Positions 1 through 6,829 of a stretch of DNA of 32,548 bases are shown here, in pieces. A model generated the notes under the pieces. That model searched no databases. It saw nothing but the letters and a program-made list of their open reading frames with translations, and was not told where the DNA came from. Position 1 is the stretch's first letter; each line of letters begins with the position of its first letter. Origin of the DNA: Bacteroidota bacterium (GTDB lineage Bacteria; Bacteroidota; Bacteroidia; Bacteroidales; JAADJA01); the NCBI GenBank assembly GCA_024278155.1, contig JAJRTT010000035.1, forward strand, positions 1-32,548, read 5' to 3'. The position numbers and the translations under genes are program-made.

Positions 1-327
1 AACACGGCCCTTGAGAAGTTTAGGAAAAAGCAGCAAATGTATGCCCTGGGCGATGAGTTTGAGTGTTATGAAGATATTGACACAGCAAACGTAATCAACG
101 ATATTTCGGCCCAGGATTTAATTCATTTGATAAGGGAGTTGTCCCCAAAATATAAAATGGTGTTTAACCTTTATGCAATCGAAGGGTATTCCCATAAGGA
201 AATTGCCGATATGTTGGGGATCTCCGAAGGGACATCCAAATCGAACTTGGCAAGGGCAAGGTATATCTTGCAGAAAAAAGTTAAACAACATTATTACGTA
301 TCATCTTCGAAAGTACAGAATGAATAG
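1..327 (+). CDS. ECF-type RNA polymerase sigma-70 factor, C-terminal part (5' end lies outside the window)
   Basis: The frame is open from base 1. It carries a region-4 HTH signature, LSPKYKMVFNLYAIEGYSHKEIADMLGISEGTSKSNLARARYILQKK. The stop is TAG at 325-327. Confidence 0.85.
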   Translation, partial: NTALEKFRKKQQMYALGDEFECYEDIDTANVINDISAQDLIHLIRELSPKYKMVFNLYAIEGYSHKEIADMLGISEGTSKSNLARARYILQKKVKQHYYVSSSKVQNE

Positions 328-1753
328 TGACAAGAAAAATATAGATCAGCTTTTTGAAAGTGTCCTGAAAGGGCATCGGGAGAAACCTTCACCGGGTGCC
401 TGGAACCGTTTGGACCGGAACCTGGATGGAATGGGGCCAAAAAAGACTGTTGTTTTTCTGAAATGGATGGCTGCCGCTGTATTGGTTTTGTTTGCATTTG
501 GTTCCGGGTATTTTTATGCAGTTTATAATATTTCTGACGATTCAGTCGCGGATAAAGCCACTCCTGCAGTTGAAAACTTCCATATCCCTGAAATAAATGG
601 TGATATGCCAATTGTTATCGATGTGGCAGAGGATAATTTGAATGAGGGAAATGAGAACGCGATTCAGATGAATGAAAAAGTTGTCGTTCCGCAAAAAACT
701 ACTGACAAAAATGAAAAGTTGGTTGCGGACAACAACAATTTACCAAAAAACATAAAACACAGCTCCTTGTCCAATTCCAAGGAGGACATGGAAAACAATG
801 AAATTGCTTCAATTTTTGTTACTTCAAAAGATGTATCGGGAGATTTGATTGAAATACTGCCCGTACAAAACAGTGAAATTTTCATTTCAGAACCAGTTGA
901 AGTCAATCAGGTTGAAGAAACCAAACTTGAAACCAGTGAACTTGCCCAGGTTGACTTCTTTGATAAAAGCGGGATCCCTGATGGATTTGGCGGGAAAAGT
1001 GGTATTGAAAGCAAATGGGGCATAGGTGCTCGTGTTGCGCCAATTCAATCATACAGGGAGATTAGTTTTACAGGTGACGAAAATTTCACACAGGGGGTTG
1101 TCGCCGAATCAAATTTCAACGACAGGGAGGATAAGTTGAATTCTTATGCCGGTGGTGTTGATGTCCGTTATCAAATAAGCAGCAAATGGAGTTTTCAATC
1201 AGGTGTGTATTTCTCCAGAATCGGACAGGTGAACAATGACGCACTGGCTTTTAAGCAGGAAAATAACAGTTTTATGTTGTTTAAGGTCACCACTTCAACC
1301 GGTGAGATAGATATTGCCTTTGATAAAATCCCTGACGATATAAAGAGTTTTTCGGATACCAAGGATACCACTGAGCTGAAAATCTCAAAAGATATCCGTG
1401 TGGAGCAAACATTTGATTTGTTTGAAGTACCATTTTTGATTGGATATAAAATCGGAAACCGGAAATTAACTTTGAATTTGGCAGGAGGTTTTAGCCCGGC
1501 TTATGTTGTCAACAATTCTTCAACGCTAATAGCTGACGACCAAAAGCACGATATTGGGAGTTCGGCAAATATTAATTCAATGATCGTGAACAGTAGTTTC
1601 TCATTGGGAATCCAATATGCTTTTACTAAAAAACTTGCGTTAAACTTTGAACCGACTTTTAAGTATTCCTTAAATCCCATCAACAAGGACAACCGGTTCA
1701 ATTACCACCCCTATTCATTGACCTGGTTTACGGGTGTCCGTTATAGTTTTTAA
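320..1753 (+). CDS. Putative anti-sigma-like single-pass membrane protein with a C-terminal outer-membrane beta-barrel-like (PorT/OMP_b-brl_2-like) domain
   Basis: The ATG at 320 overlaps the sigma gene stop (ATGAATAG), so the listed 173 start is an artefactual extension. The protein has a short N-terminal cytoplasmic segment and one TM helix (VVFLKWMAAAVLVLFAFGSGYFYAVY). A long Asn/Glu-rich linker follows. The C-terminus has alternating-hydrophobic strands and ends ...LTWFTGVRYSF with a terminal Phe. Confidence 0.6.
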   Translation: MNSDKKNIDQLFESVLKGHREKPSPGAWNRLDRNLDGMGPKKTVVFLKWMAAAVLVLFAFGSGYFYAVYNISDDSVADKATPAVENFHIPEINGDMPIVIDVAEDNLNEGNENAIQMNEKVVVPQKTTDKNEKLVADNNNLPKNIKHSSLSNSKEDMENNEIASIFVTSKDVSGDLIEILPVQNSEIFISEPVEVNQVEETKLETSELAQVDFFDKSGIPDGFGGKSGIESKWGIGARVAPIQSYREISFTGDENFTQGVVAESNFNDREDKLNSYAGGVDVRYQISSKWSFQSGVYFSRIGQVNNDALAFKQENNSFMLFKVTTSTGEIDIAFDKIPDDIKSFSDTKDTTELKISKDIRVEQTFDLFEVPFLIGYKIGNRKLTLNLAGGFSPAYVVNNSSTLIADDQKHDIGSSANINSMIVNSSFSLGIQYAFTKKLALNFEPTFKYSLNPINKDNRFNYHPYSLTWFTGVRYSF

Positions 1754-1974
1754 GCCAGGGCCAATACACAATTCCAAAAGCGGGTGGTTTTATCTAATGA
1801 CGGCAGCCCAGTAGGGCCAAAAACTTGAGCCCTTATAGAATCCTGTTCCAAAATGGTTGTACGCACATTTCAATAACCTATTGAGTGGCTGGTGGAACCC
1901 CGAATAGAAGATTTGTCCAGGAATTGCTTTGAAACGTAAAGTCAATACTGATAACTCGTGGACAAAAACACAAT

Positions 1975-2016
1975 ACGGAAAATATCGACAAAAGTATTTT
2001 TGTCGATATTTTCCGT
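1975..2016. terminator. Perfect 19-bp stem / 4-nt loop hairpin between convergent genes
   Basis: ACGGAAAATATCGACAAAA-gtat-TTTTGTCGATATTTTCCGT. On the minus strand it is followed by ATTGTGTTTTTG, so it is more plausible as the terminator of the 2152..2916 gene. Confidence 0.5.
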
Positions 2017-2151
2017 AAGTAAAACTGGGGAACGGCCTGTACGATGAAACTTGCTTTAATGAACGGTACTTTGGTATTCTGATCCTATCAATAAGAACAG
2101 CCGGTTCAACCTTAAACTAACGTACGAAGCGTGAAATGTATTAATATACTT

Positions 2152-2916
2152 TTATCGCCTTCTCCTCATGGGCATCCTTCCACCTCCACGGCTGCTTCTG
2201 CCAAAGCTTCCGCCTCTTTTCTTGCCACCTCCGCCAAACAGGCTTTCGATATAATAGGTTACCCCTACGCTTATATAGCTATAATAATCATTATTATCGT
2301 TTTTCTTTAGGTCATCGAGCTTGTCGTTTTGGGCCTGGCGGATCGATATGTCCGCATTCACCCCAAACCTGTCGGTTATCTTATAATCCAGCCCCATTCC
2401 AAAAAAGTAAACAAATTCGGGCGTGCCGGTGTCTTCTATGGAAGTCGTTCCTTCCTTTTTGTTTACCTGGATACTTTTAAACCGGAATTGCCCGATGCCT
2501 GCGTACATGGTAAAATCAAGGTTCGTTAAATTATCCGGAAAAATCAGGTTTACCAGGTTTACCTTACCATGAAAATTATATTCCAATACATCGGCATTAA
2601 AAGTTGCGTTTGAATTCTCCCCTTTTAACTTGCCAAGCAATAATTGCCCACCCATACTGAACTTGTCGCTAAAATGCTTGGAAAAAATACCTCCATATGC
2701 CAAACCGCTTTCGTTGGTGAGCTTCCCCATAATATCAGAGTCATAAAGGCTTAAGTCACCAAAAAAGGATGTTTGGCCTGCATTGATGTTTATTGACCAC
2801 ATGTCCCAAAAGCCAGGCTTCCATCTTCCTCCCCAACCCTGGGCCGATGTAGTATCAGGAATAACAAGTGTCGTAAAGACAACTACTGCGAGTAATACCT
2901 TGATTTGCTTTTTCAC
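2152..2916 (-). CDS. Outer-membrane beta-barrel protein with an Arg/Gly-rich basic C-terminal tail (paralog A)
   Basis: Signal peptide MKKQIKVLLAVVVFTTLVIPDTTSAQ. Beta-strand periodicity is present. Shared motifs with the neighbouring gene are GQTSFFGDLSLYD, GQLLLGKLKG, TPEF, VNAD and NDKLD. The last strand is YISVGVTYYI and the tail is GGGGKKRGGSFGRSSRGGGRMPMRRRR. Confidence 0.75.
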   Translation of the reverse strand: MKKQIKVLLAVVVFTTLVIPDTTSAQGWGGRWKPGFWDMWSININAGQTSFFGDLSLYDSDIMGKLTNESGLAYGGIFSKHFSDKFSMGGQLLLGKLKGENSNATFNADVLEYNFHGKVNLVNLIFPDNLTNLDFTMYAGIGQFRFKSIQVNKKEGTTSIEDTGTPEFVYFFGMGLDYKITDRFGVNADISIRQAQNDKLDDLKKNDNNDYYSYISVGVTYYIESLFGGGGKKRGGSFGRSSRGGGRMPMRRRR

Positions 2917-2995
2917 TGTTATAAGTTTTATGTTCGTATTGAATAGGACTAATTTGCTTTTATTTAAATGGATTGCACATTGTGCTTTCCGTAAA

Positions 2996-3769
2996 CTATC
3001 TTCGTTTTATCAATGAGAATCTTCCCCCAGTATGGCGAAATCCCCTTGCTGACCGGTTTATGTTGTTTATTTTATAAGTTGCCCCAACTGATAAAAATGT
3101 GTAATAATCATCATCTTTATTGTTGTTGGTTGTTCCGTCCAGTTTGTCATTGTTGGCCCATTGTACGTCCAAATCAGCATTTACATCAAAAGAGTTGCTG
3201 ATTTTGTAATAGATTGCCGGGCCCAATAAGAACAAAAACTCAGGTGTTTTAGGATTAATGGTAATATCTGCCTTATTGGGGTCATTGAACATCAACCTTG
3301 AATCGAAAACATATTCACCCAAGCCGATTTTTGCCAAAACAAAAAAGCGTGAATCATTTCCAGGTAGCAGCAGGTTCACAAAATTCAAGGTGAAATTCAC
3401 CGATACCTGCTTGATGTTGGCTTCGAAATTGGATACTGAATTCTTTCCTTTGAGTTTTCCCAAAAGCAATTGTCCCTGAAGGCCGATCACCGGGGTCAAC
3501 TGTCTTGCAAGTTTAAACCCATAGGACCAGGAACCTTCTTTTGACAGTTTGTCCGAAAGTTCATTGTCGTATAAACTTACATCGCCATAAAAGGAAGTTT
3601 GACCAATAGATGTCCCTATTGACCAATGTTTTAATAGGTTGGACCACTTATATTTTTGTCTGTCGTACTGTGCAAAGGAAAATGATTGAAATAGAAATAA
3701 AACCATTACCGTAATCAGTATGGCTTTAGCCTTTTCTAAAATTTTAATATTTCTATTTTCGTTTTTCAT
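2996..3769 (-). CDS. Outer-membrane beta-barrel protein with a basic C-terminal tail (paralog B)
   Basis: The internal ATG at 3769 gives MKNENRNIKILEKAKAILITVMVLFLFQSFSFAQ as a signal-like N-terminus. It carries the same motif set as 2152..2916: GQTSFYGDVSLYD, GQLLLGKLKG, TPEF, VNAD and NDKLD. The last strand is FLSVGATYKI and the tail is NNINRSARGFRHTGGRFSLIKRR. Confidence 0.75.
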   Translation of the reverse strand: MKNENRNIKILEKAKAILITVMVLFLFQSFSFAQYDRQKYKWSNLLKHWSIGTSIGQTSFYGDVSLYDNELSDKLSKEGSWSYGFKLARQLTPVIGLQGQLLLGKLKGKNSVSNFEANIKQVSVNFTLNFVNLLLPGNDSRFFVLAKIGLGEYVFDSRLMFNDPNKADITINPKTPEFLFLLGPAIYYKISNSFDVNADLDVQWANNDKLDGTTNNNKDDDYYTFLSVGATYKINNINRSARGFRHTGGRFSLIKRR

Positions 3770-4040
3770 TATCAGACACCTAAGGTATTCTCGATTTAAA
3801 TAATTATGGACACATCGTGTATTCAATGTTTGTACCAAAGTGTTTAAGTTATGGGTAATCAGCCTTATACAGACATCATATTTGGATGGTCTTAAAAGGG
3901 AATAGATTGTTGTTTGTGCGACAATTGATTAAAAGTGCTGAAATACAGTCTGTTGGTGTTTTCTGGGAGGTTTTTTTAGTCGATTTGCCCTCTCCGTTAT
4001 CGTAGGAAACCTACTTTAAAAGGGGATATTCAATTGGGGG

Positions 4041-4077
4041 AATAAAAAAACGGTTAATGTATTTTTCATTAACCGTT
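4041..4077 (-). terminator. Rho-independent terminator closing the minus-strand sulfur-reductase cluster
   Basis: The minus strand reads AACGGTTAATG-aaaaata-CATTAACCGTT, a perfect 11-bp stem, followed directly by a T run (TTTTTTTATT). It lies about 30 nt after the stop of 4107..4748. Confidence 0.85.
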
Positions 4078-4106
4078 GGAATATATCATTTTGATCGAAC
4101 AATAAA

Positions 4107-4748
4107 TTAGCATCCTCCTGATGCAGCTGCTTTTTTCTTCTTCCGGCGGACCTTAACAGGTTTTTTAGTATCTGTGCTTGTGGTTGTTGAGGTTGAAACT
4201 GTACTTCCTGCAACTTTTGCATAATCAAAGTCTGCTGTTCCCTTAAAGTAAGAATCGTCACTTTCAGTATCGGCCAGGTTATCTTTGTGCATTTTGTAAT
4301 AGTCGTATCCACCGGCCAGTACTTTTACGTTATCATAACCAATTTGCCTGAAAAGCATCCATGGTCCATTTGCCTGCAATTGGTTATCGCCATAAAGGAC
4401 AACAGAAACACCTTTATCTTTAAATTCCTTGAGTTGTTTGATTTCTTCTTTTCTGGTGAGGTCATAGGCCGAGATGTTGATCGCCCCCGGTATATGGCCC
4501 CTGCTGTAGGTAAACTTGTCCCTGATGTCGATTAACATGATATTGTCATCGGTTCCGGCCACAAAGCTGGCCAGCTCATATGGATAAAGGCAATTCCCCT
4601 TTTCCGAAATCATCCGTAAAGTTTGCTCAGGAACTTGTTTATAGGTTAACCAAGGGGTTTTCAAAGTTATGAACCCAACCACGATGATGATAAAAAATAT
4701 GGAAAGGGTTATAATTGACTTTTTAGGGTTTAATTCATGTACGTGCAT
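4107..4748 (-). CDS. Membrane-anchored rhodanese-like domain protein lacking the active-site Cys, with a C-terminal ...RRKKKKAAASGGC tail
   Basis: N-terminal hydrophobic anchor SIITLSIFFIIIVVGFITL. Rhodanese fold motifs are IDIRDKFTYSRGHIPGAINI and GYDNVKVLAGGYDYY. The catalytic-loop position reads VVLYGDNQLQA, with no Cys. A Ser/Thr-rich linker precedes the tail. Confidence 0.8.
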   Translation of the reverse strand: MHVHELNPKKSIITLSIFFIIIVVGFITLKTPWLTYKQVPEQTLRMISEKGNCLYPYELASFVAGTDDNIMLIDIRDKFTYSRGHIPGAINISAYDLTRKEEIKQLKEFKDKGVSVVLYGDNQLQANGPWMLFRQIGYDNVKVLAGGYDYYKMHKDNLADTESDDSYFKGTADFDYAKVAGSTVSTSTTTSTDTKKPVKVRRKKKKAAASGGC

Positions 4749-4864
4749 AATGTTTGTTTTTTAATGTTGATCTGAGCGAAATCCCGCCATTGTGGGGCAA
4801 TAAGGTTTTAATGTGATAATGAATGAATTTAGTTGTTTTAAAGAATTAATTATATCATTGTATA

Positions 4865-4900
4865 ATTGAACCATTGAACCATTGAACCATTGAACCATTG
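4865..4900. repeat. Tandem octanucleotide repeat, (ATTGAACC) x4.5 on plus / (CAATGGTT)n on minus
   Basis: Direct reading gives attgaacc attgaacc attgaacc attgaacc attg. It sits in the 157-nt gap between the two rhodanese-like genes and starts 6 nt past the stop of 4906..5523. Confidence 0.95.
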
Positions 4901-4905
4901 TCTCC

Positions 4906-5523
4906 TTAACAACCGCCCGAAGCAGCTGTTTTTTTCTTTTTCCTTTGAATCTTTACCGCTTTTTTGTTGGATGACTTCTCGGATGTTTCTGTTTTGGCAC
5001 CGGTAAAATACATCTGGGCGCCTTTCCTGAAATCATACAAGGCGAACTCTGTTGAAGGAGAGTCAGTTGAAGGTTTTTTGGGTTGGATTATCGTTCTTAT
5101 CCAACAGTTAAGGCCTCCTTTCATGACATATATATTATCGTACCCAAGTCTTTTGGCAAGTACCCATGCCTGATCGGCTTTGATGTCGTCATTTGAGAAA
5201 AACAAAACTTTCATCCCATCTATTCCAAGATAGTCCTGATAGGATTCTTGCAGCAAACTATCGAGAGGGATATTGATGGATTTGGGCAGTGAAAATTTTT
5301 CATAATCTGCTGTAGGCCTTACATCCACCAGTTCGAGGCTTGGGTCGCCCTCAATGATTAACTGGGCCACCTTATCGGTACTCACGTAACGTGTGGGCTG
5401 GATAATCTCCCATAATAGTTCATCCGGGCCTATTTGCTGGTACTTTTGTCGTTCGGGAACGACTAACAATCCACCGGCAAGAACAATCATCAAAGCAGTG
5501 AGGATAATATAATTTTTGTTCAT
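4906..5523 (-). CDS. Membrane-anchored rhodanese-like domain protein lacking the active-site Cys, with a C-terminal ...QRKKKKTAASGGC tail
   Basis: N-terminal anchor YIILTALMIVLAGGLLVV. Rhodanese fold motifs are LVDVRPTADYEKFSLPKSINIP and GYDNIYVMKGGLNCW. The catalytic-loop position reads VLFFSNDDIKA, with no Cys. The protein ends AASGGC. Confidence 0.8.
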   Translation of the reverse strand: MNKNYIILTALMIVLAGGLLVVPERQKYQQIGPDELLWEIIQPTRYVSTDKVAQLIIEGDPSLELVDVRPTADYEKFSLPKSINIPLDSLLQESYQDYLGIDGMKVLFFSNDDIKADQAWVLAKRLGYDNIYVMKGGLNCWIRTIIQPKKPSTDSPSTEFALYDFRKGAQMYFTGAKTETSEKSSNKKAVKIQRKKKKTAASGGC

Positions 5524-5528
5524 GATTC

Positions 5529-6131
5529 TTAGAATTTATAGGGTGTAATGTTTTTTCTAACTCGTTTTTCAATGATCCAGGTTATCCAGAAAGCTGCAAG
5601 GGCGATAACCACAAATGCAAACGCAATCCATTGTGCGGAAATGCCAAGCATATCTGTTATTGTTGGCGAACCCATGTCGCCGCTATAATAAAAATCCTGA
5701 AATAGGGGAAAAGCCTCGGAAAACAAAAAGATTCCAAGGAAAAGCCCACCTGTGAATACAAGGGCATCGAGTTTGCCGATGGCAATGGCCGTATAGCTGG
5801 TGCCCGGGCAAAACCCCCCAATGATGAACCCAAACCCCATTACAACACTTCCTGTTATCATAGGTGTGAGATAGGTTGGCAGAATAAATATTTTGTCCAT
5901 TTCGAGCCAACCGAAGTAATCAAAATAGAGAAGGCCTACCATCGCAACAATTACTGCGGTAAAGAACACCCGGAGCACAACAAAGTTATATCCGTAAAAA
6001 ACTCCGGCAAGGTTTCTTGAAGAAGAAAAGCCTGAAGCTTCCAGCACAAAGCCAAAAGCAATACCGAGAAGCAGGGCTATTACGAAGTCCCAGTTTCCGG
6101 TCAATATGCCATTAGGAATTAAAGGTCCCAT
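5529..6131 (-). CDS. YeeE/YedE-family sulfur-transport membrane protein (half-size, second of pair)
   Basis: Polytopic membrane protein of 200 aa. It has the Gly-rich re-entrant motifs typical of the Sulf_transp family (LEASGFSS, GGFCPGTSY). Confidence 0.75.
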   Translation of the reverse strand: MGPLIPNGILTGNWDFVIALLLGIAFGFVLEASGFSSSRNLAGVFYGYNFVVLRVFFTAVIVAMVGLLYFDYFGWLEMDKIFILPTYLTPMITGSVVMGFGFIIGGFCPGTSYTAIAIGKLDALVFTGGLFLGIFLFSEAFPLFQDFYYSGDMGSPTITDMLGISAQWIAFAFVVIALAAFWITWIIEKRVRKNITPYKF

Positions 6132-6165
6132 TATATCTATGTTTTAAAATGTGAATAATCAAAAA

Positions 6166-6699
6166 TTAAATCCAAAGTTTCCTGAAAAAATAAGCAACGG
6201 CATAACCCGTCCCAAATATCCCAAACATAACAATCATCCCACCGAATGAAAATGTGGCGGTTCCGCTCAATGCTGCCCCACTTGTGCAACCTCTTCCAAA
6301 TTGGCTCCCAAACCCAAAAAGGATGCCCCCGACCGCCGCTCCGATCAATCTTGTCTTACTTGTTATTTTTGGTGAGTGCTCGACCCTGAATTTTTTTATC
6401 CTGCCAAATATGGCGCCCGACAATAACCCCCCGATAAATATCCCAATGGATTCAAAAACCAGCCAGTTATACATGGGGGAATGGTCGTCGCTTATGAACT
6501 TGCTATAAAAGGCACTCTCTTCGGCATGGCTCGACGATACCACATCAACCGATGTTACGACTGCACTTTTAACAGCCCCACTGGCACCCAGTCCACGGCC
6601 GGTAATGTAAACTGTTACTATAATAAGTATGCCCAATAACAAACCTCCAAAATAAGGGTTGATGTAATGCGGGTAATTTTTTATTTTATGCTTTTTCAT
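6166..6699 (-). CDS. YeeE/YedE-family sulfur-transport membrane protein (half-size, first of pair)
   Basis: Polytopic membrane protein of 177 aa. Motifs are GRGLGASGA and GRGCTSGAALSG, the latter being the conserved Cys motif of the Sulf_transp family. Confidence 0.75.
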   Translation of the reverse strand: MKKHKIKNYPHYINPYFGGLLLGILIIVTVYITGRGLGASGAVKSAVVTSVDVVSSSHAEESAFYSKFISDDHSPMYNWLVFESIGIFIGGLLSGAIFGRIKKFRVEHSPKITSKTRLIGAAVGGILFGFGSQFGRGCTSGAALSGTATFSFGGMIVMFGIFGTGYAVAYFFRKLWI

Positions 6700-6720
6700 T
6701 TTTTTGAATTTTCATCACAA

Positions 6721-6749
6721 ACCTGCCCGCCCTAAACTTTGGCAGGCAG
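6721..6749 (-). terminator. GC-rich hairpin inside the cluster, between the NrfD-type gene and the first yeeE-like gene (possible attenuator or RNA stabiliser)
   Basis: The minus strand reads CCTGCCTGCC-aaagtttag-GGCGGGCAGG, 10 bp including one G-U, followed by TTTGTG. It lies 22 nt before the ATG at 6699. Confidence 0.4.
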
Positions 6750-6829
6750 GGGTTCAAAGACACAAAGGTTTCCTTTTATTCATTTGTATGCCCAAACCAA
6801 ATATGGATAGTTCATTTATTAATATTTCG

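Noticed and set aside
173-319. The ORF track extends the anti-sigma-like gene upstream to 173.
   Set aside because: The extension overlaps the conserved region-4 coding sequence of the sigma gene in another frame. The ATG at 320 gives the standard overlapping stop/start junction.
4016-4312. A 98-aa minus-strand ORF overlaps the end of the rhodanese-like gene and the terminator. A small ORF at 7768..7956 also bridges the FeS and NrfD genes.
   Set aside because: Both are out of frame with well-supported genes or run through a terminator hairpin, and neither has a recognisable motif.
4865-4900. The tandem octamer was considered as a possible CRISPR array or mobile-element end.
   Set aside because: The units are only 8 nt, contiguous and without spacers. 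There are no cas genes, transposase or flanking inverted repeats. It is reported as a simple tandem repeat.
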